Origin: Candidatus Omnitrophota bacterium
GTDB lineage: Bacteria > Omnitrophota > Omnitrophia > Omnitrophales > Aquincolibacteriaceae
Direction: 5' to 3'
NCBI GenBank assembly: GCA_043718225.1
Contig: JAYSWD010000100.1
Coordinates: forward strand, 1-44,726
Length of the DNA stretch: 44,726 bases
Shown: positions 18,354-26,998 of the stretch, piece by piece
Position numbering within the stretch: position 1 is the stretch's first letter
How the letters are laid out: each line of letters begins with the position of its first letter
Position numbers and translations under genes: made by a program
Notes under the pieces: model-generated
What the model was told of the DNA's origin: nothing
Databases searched by the model: none
The model's input: only the letters and a program-made list of their open reading frames with translations

Positions 18354-19649
18354 ATGCAAGTGGTTTATTTATATCTTATTATTTTTGTTATCGTCCTCAT
18401 TCCGCTATTTTTTTTGCGGCACATTTTGGGCGGTATGCTTGGTCTTTATCGGATTGTCGCGCCCAACGAAGCCCATGTGAGAGTTTTACGCAACACTAAG
18501 GAAATATTTTCTATTCGAAGTGGTAAAACATGCTATTGGTATATTCCCTTCATTACAAAGCTCAATCGTTTACCGCTGAGTAACCTTACCATTCCCGTCG
18601 ACAATGTGAAACTGAACGACAAGAACATGGCGAAGTTTCAATGTGATCTGGTTTGCTTTGTTAATATTCAAAATTTAGAGTTGGCCGCGGAACGGCTAGC
18701 GCTTTCTAACCTTGAAAAAGAAATGGGCTTTGACTTTGTGAAGCTTTCCGAAGACTTTAGGTCGATTATGGAGAGTATCGGCCGAACCGTAGTAACGAAA
18801 CAAACGATTCTTGATATTTATATGAACCGCCATTTGATGAGCGATGCGATTATTAAAGAGGTTGGGAGCGTTTTCCCAAAATGGGGTATTGAACTCGTCA
18901 ATCTTGAACTTAAACATATCAAGGATACCGAGGGAAGCACCATTATTTCTGACATTGAAAGAAAAGTAGCGGCTGAAATCCGGCGCGACGCGGACATCAG
19001 AATTGCTGAAACAACAAAAGAAGCTGAAATTGCCAAGGCGCAGGCTGAAGAAATTTACCGCAAAAGACAAATTGAAAAAGAAAAGGCGATCGGGATTTCA
19101 GAGCAGCAGAAGAATCAAGAAATCGCGATGATGCGCGCGGAAGCGAATGTACGCGAAGTACAGGCTATGCGTGAAATTGAAGTCGGAAAAGCAGAGATTG
19201 AGAAGCAAAAAATTGAAAAGCTGGCGGATGCGGAAAAAAGCAAGTTGACACTCGAGGCCGAAGGGCAGGCCGCGCAGGTGAAAGCGGTCGGACAAGCCGA
19301 AGCCGATATTATTCGAATCAAAAAAGAAGCGGAAGCCGCGGGAACTTTAAAGCTTGCGGAAGCCCTCAAGCAGTTTAACGAAACAGCCTTAAATGTGAAG
19401 ATGCTCGATATTCAAAAAGACATCATGATTGAAAAGTTCAAAGCTCTGGCAATCGTTGCGGGAGAAGCGGATATCCGTTGGATTATGAGCGGCCAGAACG
19501 CGCAAGACTTTTTCGGGTTGAATTTAAATGCCGAGGGAGGCGCAAACCTAAAGCAATTTTTGGATGAGTCAGAAATCCCTTTTGATAAGTTAAAGAGTTT
19601 TATTTCGGCTAATAAGGCAGAATCAGATAAAAAGCAAAGTTTGAAATAA
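18354..19649 (+). CDS. SPFH/band-7 (flotillin-like) membrane protein with long coiled-coil
   Basis: N-terminal TM 'VVYLYLIIFVIVLIPLFF', an SPFH core, and the flotillin-type EA-rich coiled coil 'EAEIAKAQAEEIYRKRQIEKEKA...AEGQAAQVKAVGQAEADIIRIKKEAEAAG'. An AAGGAGG RBS precedes ATG 18354. The listed ORF start at 18318 is probably too early. Confidence 0.75.
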   Translation: MQVVYLYLIIFVIVLIPLFFLRHILGGMLGLYRIVAPNEAHVRVLRNTKEIFSIRSGKTCYWYIPFITKLNRLPLSNLTIPVDNVKLNDKNMAKFQCDLVCFVNIQNLELAAERLALSNLEKEMGFDFVKLSEDFRSIMESIGRTVVTKQTILDIYMNRHLMSDAIIKEVGSVFPKWGIELVNLELKHIKDTEGSTIISDIERKVAAEIRRDADIRIAETTKEAEIAKAQAEEIYRKRQIEKEKAIGISEQQKNQEIAMMRAEANVREVQAMREIEVGKAEIEKQKIEKLADAEKSKLTLEAEGQAAQVKAVGQAEADIIRIKKEAEAAGTLKLAEALKQFNETALNVKMLDIQKDIMIEKFKALAIVAGEADIRWIMSGQNAQDFFGLNLNAEGGANLKQFLDESEIPFDKLKSFISANKAESDKKQSLK

Positions 19650-19677
19650 TTTTCAAAAAACTCTCTTTTCCTTTTCG

Positions 19678-19746
19678 GGTCTCCAGGATTGCAAAGTAGT
19701 TTCCTTTGATACCTTTTTCTTGCTCTGCTGTGCCGAGCAAGAAAAA
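19678..19746 (+). repeat. Roughly 68-nt direct repeat, right copy, downstream of the SPFH gene
   Basis: ggtctccaggattgcaaagtagtttcctttgatacctttttcttgctctgctgtgccgagcaagaaaaa. Confidence 0.6.
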
Positions 19747-20063
19747 TGCATAACGGGAAGCTTCTTATGTTGAGCTTGATGCCGTGGATTTGTATATCAA
19801 ATGATTTGCTTCCTCAGCCGAATATATTTGGCCGCCTTGCTTCTCCTTTTATTGCCTCACCCCACACAGCGAAGCCGTCTTTGGAAGAAGGACTCAATCC
19901 GCGAGTTCTCCGCCATCGGGACGGAGCTGTTTGAGCGGGTGGAGTCCTTCTTTCAAAGACCAACCACTTACAAAGTTACTCATTTTTTAGTCTTTTCTGC
20001 CTTAACCCCGCCCTGGGTTTTTACTTTGACAGTTTCTATAGGCTTCGCTACAATTCGCCCTCT

Positions 20064-20936
20064 ATGCCGACACTTAAATTAGCGCTTCCCAAGGGTTCCC
20101 TCGAAGAATCGACCTTTGCCTTGTTCAAAAAGGCCGGTTTTGAAATTCGCAATAGTTCCCGTTCTTTTACACCTTCGGTGAACGATCCGGAGCTGGAAAT
20201 CATCCTTTTTCGCCCCCAGGAAATGTCCCGTTATATTGAAGACGGTATTGTGGATTGCGGCTTAACCGGCCATGACTGGATTGTCGAAAACAGTTCCAAA
20301 GTGACCGAACTTTGCCAGCTTCAATATTCCAAGCAAACCTCCAATCCGGTACGTTGGGTGCTTGCGGTGCATGAATCATCTAAAGTTCAAAATATTAAGG
20401 ATTTGCAGGGTAAGAAAATCGTGACTGAGCTAGTTAATGTCACCAAAGCTTATTTGAAGAAGAATAAGGTTAAAGCCGAAGTTGAATTTTCCTGGGGCGC
20501 TACCGAAGCTAAGCCGCCGCGGCTTGCTGACGCGATTGTGGAAGCCACTGAAACAGGTTCAAGCCTTAAAGCCAACCGCTTGCGCATCGTGGATACCGTG
20601 ATTGTTTCGATTCCTAAGTTTATTGCGAATAAAGACAGCATCAAAGACAATTGGAAAAGTAAAAAAATGGATCAGCTTGTCATGCTTTTGCAGGGTGCAA
20701 TCCGCGCGCAGGAAAAAGTCGGGCTGAAAATGAATGTCTCTCAAAAGAATTTAAAAGCCGTGATTGCTTTGCTTCCGGCGCTCAGAAAACCAACCGTATC
20801 TTCCTTGGCTGAAGACGGCTGGTTTGATGTCGATACTATTATTGATGAATCGATCGTGCGCAACCTGATTCCCGACCTGAAAATTGCGGGTGCGCATGGA
20901 ATCATCGAATATCCTTTGAACAAAGTAATTCCATAA
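20064..20936 (+). CDS. hisG: ATP phosphoribosyltransferase, long form
   Basis: 'MPTLKLALPKGSLEESTFALFKKAGFEI', and 290 aa with the C-terminal regulatory domain. Confidence 0.85.
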   Translation: MPTLKLALPKGSLEESTFALFKKAGFEIRNSSRSFTPSVNDPELEIILFRPQEMSRYIEDGIVDCGLTGHDWIVENSSKVTELCQLQYSKQTSNPVRWVLAVHESSKVQNIKDLQGKKIVTELVNVTKAYLKKNKVKAEVEFSWGATEAKPPRLADAIVEATETGSSLKANRLRIVDTVIVSIPKFIANKDSIKDNWKSKKMDQLVMLLQGAIRAQEKVGLKMNVSQKNLKAVIALLPALRKPTVSSLAEDGWFDVDTIIDESIVRNLIPDLKIAGAHGIIEYPLNKVIP

Positions 20937-20958
20937 TCATTGACTGAGGAGAACCCGA

Positions 20959-21057
20959 ATGCCCTGGGCAAAAAAACAGCGTAAGAAAAAGATGAATAAG
21001 CATAAGCGCAAAAAGAAGCTGCGCAAAAACCGTCACAAGAAAAAAGATTGGTCATAG
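20959..21057 (+). CDS. 32-aa highly basic peptide, bS22-like (ribosomal protein bS22 / AURKAIP1 family)
   Basis: It is not in the ORF track because it is under 60 aa. A GAGGAGAA RBS lies 8 nt upstream. Translation: MPWAKKQRKKKMNKHKRKKKLRKNRHKKKDWS. It matches the bS22 pattern, which I recall as K-[KR]-R-[KR]-x-M-x-K-K-x-x-R-K-L-L-R-x-x-R-x-x-R-[RK]-K. Confidence 0.5.
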   Translation: MPWAKKQRKKKMNKHKRKKKLRKNRHKKKDWS

Positions 21058-21058
21058 C

Positions 21059-21135
21059 AAATTCCGCCGTTGGCGGAATTTGCGTAGAGCGCATCTCGTG
21101 AAGCGTATATCGAAGAACAATTCACGAGATGCGCT
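21059..21135 (+). promoter_or_regulatory. Two consecutive perfect hairpins between the bS22-like ORF and ispE
   Basis: (1) AAATTCCGCC-gtt-GGCGGAATTT, 10-bp stem, 21059-21081. (2) AGCGCATCTCGTGAA-18 nt-TTCACGAGATGCGCT, 15-bp stem, 21088-21135. If ispE started at the listed ATG 21080, both would fall inside its coding sequence, which argues for a later start. Confidence 0.5.
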
Positions 21136-21151
21136 TAACGCTTCACCAAAA

Positions 21152-21967
21152 GTGCAGTCCCTTCGATTAGAATCTCCCGCGAAAGTTAATCTTTACCTTA
21201 GGATCACAGGCCGCCGTCCGGACGGTTATCATCTGCTCGATACGCTTTTTCACCGTATTTCCTTAGCCGATACATTGACGCTTTCGAAGCGCGGATTCGG
21301 ATTTTCTTTTGCCTCGAATGTCAAACTTCCGCCCCGCGAAGGCAATTTGCTTTTTAAAGCTTATCTTGAGCTTCAAAATAAATTTCCTGATTTAAAAGGT
21401 GTGCACGCTAAGCTTGTGAAACGCATTCCAATCGGCGCCGGCCTCGGTGGGGGATCCAGCAACGCGGCTTTTTTTTTGCTGGGCATGATTAAACTTTACG
21501 GATTGCGCATTTCAAAGCCGGAGCTTATGAGGATGGGATTGCGAATCGGGGCGGACGTTCCTTTTTTTCTGCTCCAAAAAACACAGGCGCGCGCTCAGGG
21601 TATCGGAGAAAAATTAAAGCCCGTTGCCTGCAAAAAGAAAAACCGGTTTTTGCTGATTACCGACCCGAAACCTTTATCTACAGTTCAGGTGTATAAACAT
21701 TATCGCAAGCAAGGCAGGCCTTTTTCCAAAGGGCTCTTCGCCTTGAATCAATTTGCAAATGACTTGCAGCCCTCCGCGATTGCATTGCGGCCCGCGATTA
21801 AAAAAACTCTTAATGAGTTGGTTGCCTTGGGCGCCGAATCGGTTTTAATGAGCGGAAGTGGGCCGACAGTCTTTGCGGTTTCTGCTTCTCAAAAACGGAT
21901 TCAAAAATTGCGCGCTTCGTTGCCCCCGGAAACAAAAAAACGCGCGATTCTTTGCCGGACGCTTTGA
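21152..21967 (+). CDS. ispE: 4-diphosphocytidyl-2-C-methyl-D-erythritol kinase
   Basis: 'PAKVNLYLRITGRRPDGYHLLDTLF' and 'IPIGAGLGGGSSNAA' are GHMP-kinase motifs. The proposed start is GTG 21152, in frame and just after the hairpins. The listed ORF starts at ATG 21080. The true start is uncertain. Confidence 0.7.
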   Translation: MQSLRLESPAKVNLYLRITGRRPDGYHLLDTLFHRISLADTLTLSKRGFGFSFASNVKLPPREGNLLFKAYLELQNKFPDLKGVHAKLVKRIPIGAGLGGGSSNAAFFLLGMIKLYGLRISKPELMRMGLRIGADVPFFLLQKTQARAQGIGEKLKPVACKKKNRFLLITDPKPLSTVQVYKHYRKQGRPFSKGLFALNQFANDLQPSAIALRPAIKKTLNELVALGAESVLMSGSGPTVFAVSASQKRIQKLRASLPPETKKRAILCRTL

Positions 21968-22049
21968 AATTCCGCCCAAAAAGACGTCAAAATCCGCTCT
22001 TGGGTAAATGAGTAAAATCGGGTAGATTATGCAGCCTGGCTAAGGTGTT

Positions 22050-22123
22050 TGGTTGCCCGACCAGGGTTCGAACCTGGAACCTTGCCTCCAAAGGGCAGTG
22101 TGATACCATTTCACCATCGGGCA
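22050..22123 (-). tRNA. tRNA, tentatively Gln (anticodon UUG); CCA encoded
   Basis: Reverse complement: TGCCCGA-T-GGTGAAATGGTATCACA-CTGCC-CTTTGGA-GGCAA-GGTT-CCAGG-TTCGAAC-CCTGG-TCGGGCA-A-CCA. It has a U1:A72 acceptor, a GG D-loop and a TTCGAA T-loop. The anticodon stem has one C.A mismatch, so Pro(UGG) cannot be fully excluded by hand. Confidence 0.65.
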
Positions 22124-22211
22124 GTGGAATGACAGGGCGATAATTTACAGGATTTTTAAAGAATTCCCAAGGACTGATTTTATTCTTTTTAGACAACGGT
22201 AGGTCCCAGTT

Positions 22212-22478
22212 TTGGCTTGGCTTGTCTATATTTTGGAATGCCGGAATGGAAGTTTATACACCGGAATAACCAATGACCTTGAGCGCCGCTTATGCCAGCA
22301 TCAAAAAGGCAAGGGTGCGAAGTATACGAGAGCTTTTGGCGCCGCAAAATTGATTTATCGGGAAAAGCGGCCGGACCGATCAGGCGCTTCCAAGCGAGAA
22401 GCCGAGATTAAGTCCTGGACGCGAAAACAAAAACTTGAATTTATAAAAAAGAAAACAAATGACCTTTCAAAAAGATAA
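22212..22478 (+). CDS. GIY-YIG nuclease superfamily protein (UPF0213-like, 88 aa)
   Basis: '[27 protein letters not shown]' is a GIY-YIG motif. TTG start. It overlaps the clpX start by 20 nt. Confidence 0.7.
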   Translation: MAWLVYILECRNGSLYTGITNDLERRLCQHQKGKGAKYTRAFGAAKLIYREKRPDRSGASKREAEIKSWTRKQKLEFIKKKTNDLSKR

Positions 22479-23721
22479 TTCGAACGAATCCTGTTCCTTT
22501 TGCGGGCGCAAAAAGGCCGAAGTTAAAAAGCTTTTCGCCGGTAACCAATCCTTTATCTGCGAAGTCTGCGTCCGTGTTTGTTATGACGCTTTTTTGAAAC
22601 AGCCCGCACCGGCGGCTGCTGACGCGAAAACTTTCAAAATCGAAGATTTTAAAGTTCCCAAACCGCACGATATTAAAATCAAACTCGACCAGCATGTTGT
22701 CGGGCAAAACCTTGCGAAAAAACGGCTTGCCGTAAGCGTCCATAATCATTACAAACGCATCACTTCCAAGAGCGAAGACGATGTCGAGATCGAAAAAAGC
22801 AATGTGCTTTTAATCGGCCCGACAGGATCGGGAAAAACTCTTTTCGCGCGGACTTTGGCAAAAATTTTGGATGTTCCTTTTGCGATCGCGGACGCCACCT
22901 CGCTGACCGAAGCGGGTTATGTCGGCGAAGACGTTGAAAATATTTTACTGCGGCTTTTGCAGTCCGCCAACTTTGACGTGAAGCGCGCCGAGATCGGAAT
23001 TGTTTATATCGATGAAATCGATAAGATCGCAAAGAAATCCGAGAACATGTCGATTACGCGCGATGTTTCGGGCGAAGGCGTGCAGCAGGCGCTCCTTAAA
23101 ATTTTAGAGGGCACAACGGCGAATGTGCCTCCGCAAGGCGGCCGCAAGCACCCGCATCAGGAATATATTACAGTCAATACACGCAATATTCTTTTCATTT
23201 GCGGCGGAATGTTTGGCGGCATCGAGGATTTGATTGAGCGGCGCATCGCGAGCAAGACGATGGGTTTTGGCGCGCAGAATTCTTCTCTCAAAAAAGAAAA
23301 AGATTTGGGACAATTAATTGACCGCCTTGAGCCCGAAGATTTGGTCAAATTCGGTTTGATTCCTGAATTTATCGGCCGTTTTCCGGTGGTAACGGGTTTG
23401 CATAAACTCACCGAAGATGATTTAGTGCGTGTTTTAACCGAGCCCAAAAATGCGATTGTGCGGCAGTATCAAAAATTATTTAAAATGGAAAACGTTGATT
23501 TGCGTTTTACGGACGGCGCCTTGCGCGAAGTCGCTCGCCGGGCATTGAAGAAGTCGACGGGGGCCCGCGCTTTACGTTCTATTCTTGAAGCCGCATTGCT
23601 TGATTTAATGTATGACATTCCGTCTACGCAGGATGCCGCCGAAGTTCTTATCACCGAAGACGTGATCGAGGGCAAAGTTCCTCCGGTTGTGACTATATCC
23701 GGCCTGGAGAAATCGGCATGA
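22459..23721 (+). CDS. clpX: ATP-dependent Clp protease ATP-binding subunit ClpX
   Basis: N-terminal zinc ribbon '[11 protein letters not shown]...FICEVC', Walker A '[15 protein letters not shown]', 'VYIDEIDKI', and the IGF-like loop 'GFGA'. No clpP is adjacent in this window. Confidence 0.9.
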   Translation: MTFQKDNSNESCSFCGRKKAEVKKLFAGNQSFICEVCVRVCYDAFLKQPAPAAADAKTFKIEDFKVPKPHDIKIKLDQHVVGQNLAKKRLAVSVHNHYKRITSKSEDDVEIEKSNVLLIGPTGSGKTLFARTLAKILDVPFAIADATSLTEAGYVGEDVENILLRLLQSANFDVKRAEIGIVYIDEIDKIAKKSENMSITRDVSGEGVQQALLKILEGTTANVPPQGGRKHPHQEYITVNTRNILFICGGMFGGIEDLIERRIASKTMGFGAQNSSLKKEKDLGQLIDRLEPEDLVKFGLIPEFIGRFPVVTGLHKLTEDDLVRVLTEPKNAIVRQYQKLFKMENVDLRFTDGALREVARRALKKSTGARALRSILEAALLDLMYDIPSTQDAAEVLITEDVIEGKVPPVVTISGLEKSA

Positions 23722-23757
23722 GGAAACCATTCAACAGTAACATTTCGGAGAAATGAC

Positions 23758-24666
23758 ATGAAGCCATTTCTCAAGGACAAAACTAAAGAAATGCTCGCGG
23801 CCTACGCTTTCCTTGCGCCGAACCTGGTTGGTTTTCTTATTTTTACTTCTATTCCGGTTGTCGCGTCGCTTTTTTTAAGTTTTACGGATTGGAGTCTTTT
23901 TTCAGCGCCGAAATGGGTTGGGTTCCGGAATTTTATTGAACTTTTTCAGGATAAGCGTTTTTGGCAATATTGTTTAAATACAATTTACCTTATGGGCGCG
24001 ATTCCGATTTCAATGGCCGGGTCATTACTTCTCGCGCTTGCGCTGAATCAAAAATTAAAAGGCATGGTTATTTTTCGCACCATTTATTATTTGCCGACTA
24101 TCTGCGCAGGTGTCGCGATCTTTATGCTTTGGCGTTTGATGTACAACCCCGAATTCGGCGCTTTCAACACAATGATCGCGAAGCTGGGGCAAATATTGGG
24201 GCTGAAACTGCATGGGCCGAACTGGCTGACAGATGAGGTTTGGGCCAAGCCCGCGCTGATTTTGATGAGTGTCTGGCAAAGCGTCGGCGGGCAGAATATG
24301 ATTTTATATCTTGCCGCGCTGCAGGGCGTTCCGCGCGATTTGTATGACGCGGCGGAAGTTGACGGTGCCACGTCGATTCAAAAATTTTGGGCGGTGACTT
24401 GGCCGCAGATTTCACCCACGACTTTTTTTATCGGAATCATGAGCTTGATCGGCGGATTTCAGGCGGGTTTTGACCAGGCCTATATGATGACGGGCGGCGG
24501 GCCCAACGGATCAACCACAACGCTTATTTACTATCTCTATAACAACGCTTTCGTCTGGTATCACATGGGCTATGCCGCGGCCATTGCCTGGGTATTATTT
24601 TTGGTTATTTTTCTGATTACCTTTTTGAAATGGAAATTTTTTGGTAAAAATATTCACTACACTTAA
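23758..24666 (+). CDS. Carbohydrate ABC transporter permease (MalF/UgpA-like)
   Basis: 6 TM helices. EAA loop 'YDAAEVDGATSIQKFWAVTWPQISP'. Confidence 0.8.
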   Translation: MKPFLKDKTKEMLAAYAFLAPNLVGFLIFTSIPVVASLFLSFTDWSLFSAPKWVGFRNFIELFQDKRFWQYCLNTIYLMGAIPISMAGSLLLALALNQKLKGMVIFRTIYYLPTICAGVAIFMLWRLMYNPEFGAFNTMIAKLGQILGLKLHGPNWLTDEVWAKPALILMSVWQSVGGQNMILYLAALQGVPRDLYDAAEVDGATSIQKFWAVTWPQISPTTFFIGIMSLIGGFQAGFDQAYMMTGGGPNGSTTTLIYYLYNNAFVWYHMGYAAAIAWVLFLVIFLITFLKWKFFGKNIHYT

Positions 24667-24669
24667 ATT

Positions 24670-25563
24670 ATGAGTTATCAAGACGAAGTTATTTTAGCCC
24701 AGCAGCCCAACCCAAACCGCAAAAATCACCATTGGGGGCGTTTTTTCAGGAACGGTTTGGTTTATATCGGGCTTTCGATCGGCGCCCTCACGATGATCGC
24801 GCCGTTTATGTGGATGATCACCACTTCGCTTTCCGAACAGGGCGCTATTTTTTCCGCGAAAGCGTGGTGGAAAGAATGGATTCCCACCGCGTTTGTCTGG
24901 AAGAATTATGTGGATGTTTGGAAAGTGATTCCTTTCGGGCGTTTCTATCTGAATTCGATTTTTATTTCAGTGGCTTTGACCGCGGGACAGGTTGTAACGA
25001 GTTCGCTGGCGGCCTATGCTTTCGCGCGGCTTGAATTTCCGGGCCGCGATAAAATCTTTTTTGGTTATCTCGGCACGATGATGATTCCGGGCGCCGTGAC
25101 TATGATCCCCGTATTCATTTTATTGCGTTATTTGGGCTGGATTGACACCTACAAAGCCATGATTCTTCCGGGTATTTTTACGGCTTACGGCACTTTCATG
25201 CTGCGGCAGTTTTTTTTGACTATGCCCAAAGAGCTTGAGGACGCGGCAAAAATCGACGGCTGTTCTTATTTGAGAATTTTTTGGCATATTATCATTCCAC
25301 TTTCCGGTCCCGCGCTCGCGACGTTGACTACTTTTACTTTTATGGGTTCCTGGATGAGTTTGATGTGGCCTTTAATCGTTGTGAACAGCAACGCTAAATA
25401 TCCGCTGCCTGTCGGGCTTTCTTATTTCCAGGGGCTGCACAGCACGAACTGGGAGCTCTTGATGGCAGCAACTGTAATGATGATGATTCCTATCCTGGTT
25501 GTTTTTATTTTCTCTCAGCGTTTCTTTGTCGAAGGGATTAAACTATCGGGCATCAAAGGGTGA
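24670..25563 (+). CDS. Carbohydrate ABC transporter permease (MalG/UgpE-like)
   Basis: EAA loop 'EDAAKIDGCSYLRIFWHIIIPLSGP'. It lies 3 nt after the previous permease. Confidence 0.8.
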   Translation: MSYQDEVILAQQPNPNRKNHHWGRFFRNGLVYIGLSIGALTMIAPFMWMITTSLSEQGAIFSAKAWWKEWIPTAFVWKNYVDVWKVIPFGRFYLNSIFISVALTAGQVVTSSLAAYAFARLEFPGRDKIFFGYLGTMMIPGAVTMIPVFILLRYLGWIDTYKAMILPGIFTAYGTFMLRQFFLTMPKELEDAAKIDGCSYLRIFWHIIIPLSGPALATLTTFTFMGSWMSLMWPLIVVNSNAKYPLPVGLSYFQGLHSTNWELLMAATVMMMIPILVVFIFSQRFFVEGIKLSGIKG

Positions 25564-25700
25564 CTTTTGTTTGAAAACGGTTCATCTGCCGCGTTGTACG
25601 CGGCGCAGTTTTCGTGCGACGTATTTCGAATACGTCTCCTCAGAACTGCTTGCTAGCGCCTTGCATCTGAACCCTTTTGAATCAAAATTCAATAAAAATT

Positions 25701-26963
25701 ATGTCTAAAAAAGTAACTCTAAAATTGGATGCATTGGTGCTTGCTGCAGGCAAAGGCACGCGCATGCATTCTCATCTTCCGAAAGTCCTCCATCCGCTTT
25801 GGGAGCGCCCGCTTCTTGGGCATGTTCTTGATACGCTTCAAAGCCTTGGAATTAAAAAGCCGTGTGTTGTCGTCGGATACAGCGCCGGCGAAGTAAAAAA
25901 GTTCCTCGGAAGTTCCGCGACCACGGTTTTGCAAAAACCGCAAAAGGGAACGGGCCATGCCGTGATGGTGGCGGAGCGCGCCATGAAAAGCGCCGAAGAA
26001 GTTTTGATTTGGCCCGGCGATATGCCGCTTCTTAAAACGGAAACTCTGCGAAAATTTTTAAAAGACCACCGCGCGAGCGGAGCCGCGGCCAGCGTGCTGA
26101 CCTGCCGCCAGCCGAATCCTTTCGGCTACGGAAGAATCATCCGTGATTCTCATTGTGAATTTGTAGCAATCCGCGAAGAAGTAGACGCCAGCGAATCCGA
26201 GAAAAAGATTTGCGAAGTGAATACGGGAATTTACTTGTTCAATCGCAAAGATCTTTTTGAGGCGCTGCGCGAAATTCAGCCGAACAACCAAAAAGGCGAA
26301 TATTATTTAACCGATACGATTGAAATTCTGCGGGCTAAAAATTTAAGCGTGCGGGCCTGCTGTGCCGCTGCAGCGGAAGAAGCGCTGGGAGTGAATTCAA
26401 AAAGAGATTTAGCCGCGGCCATGCGCTCTCTGACGGACCGGGAAATTGACGCGCATTTAGCGGCGGGCGTAATCGTTGTTTCGCCGCGAGATACCTGGAT
26501 TGCGCCGCGTGTTAAAATCGGCGCGGGAACCGTGATTTATCCCTGGACCTGGATTGATTTAGGAACAGTCGTCGGCGCTAATTGCCAAATCGGCCCTTTC
26601 GCGAAAATCCGCGGCGGCTCAAAGATTGGCGATGGATCCATCGTCGGCAATTTTGTGGAAGTCAACCGCTCCAAACTGGGACGGTATGTGAACGCCAAAC
26701 ATTTAACTTATTTAGGCGATGCGGTTACCGGAGACTTTGTTAATTTCGGAGCGGGTTCAATTACCGCCAATTTTGACGGAAAAAATAAGCATACGACGCA
26801 TGTCGGCAAATCGGCAATGGTGGGTTCGAATACGGTCATGGTGGCGCCGGTGAATATTCCTGAGCGGGTCAAAACCGGAGCGGGTTCCGTCGTGACGAAA
26901 AAGACAAAAATGCGCGCGGGCGATATTATTGCGGGTGTTCCGGCGAAAGCCCTTAAGAAATAA
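25701..26963 (+). CDS. glmU: Bifunctional GlmU-like UDP-GlcNAc pyrophosphorylase / GlcN-1-P acetyltransferase
   Basis: N-terminal nucleotidyltransferase 'LVLAAGKGTRMHSHLPKVLHPL'. The C-terminus is a left-handed beta-helix of hexapeptide repeats '...GAGTVIYPWTWIDLGTVVGANCQIGPFAKIRGGSKIGDGSIVGNFVEV...'. prs lies immediately downstream, the conserved glmU-prs order. The start is likely ATG 25701. Confidence 0.75.
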   Translation: MSKKVTLKLDALVLAAGKGTRMHSHLPKVLHPLWERPLLGHVLDTLQSLGIKKPCVVVGYSAGEVKKFLGSSATTVLQKPQKGTGHAVMVAERAMKSAEEVLIWPGDMPLLKTETLRKFLKDHRASGAAASVLTCRQPNPFGYGRIIRDSHCEFVAIREEVDASESEKKICEVNTGIYLFNRKDLFEALREIQPNNQKGEYYLTDTIEILRAKNLSVRACCAAAAEEALGVNSKRDLAAAMRSLTDREIDAHLAAGVIVVSPRDTWIAPRVKIGAGTVIYPWTWIDLGTVVGANCQIGPFAKIRGGSKIGDGSIVGNFVEVNRSKLGRYVNAKHLTYLGDAVTGDFVNFGAGSITANFDGKNKHTTHVGKSAMVGSNTVMVAPVNIPERVKTGAGSVVTKKTKMRAGDIIAGVPAKALKK

Positions 26964-26998
26964 ATATTTAAATAGTCTTAATTAGAAACAGAGGTTTT

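Noticed and set aside
19746-20082. ORFs 19746..19934 and 19801..20082 upstream of hisG as possible his leader peptides
   Set aside because: They have no run of His codons, no RBS, and low-complexity hydrophobic or basic composition. This is more likely non-coding leader sequence.
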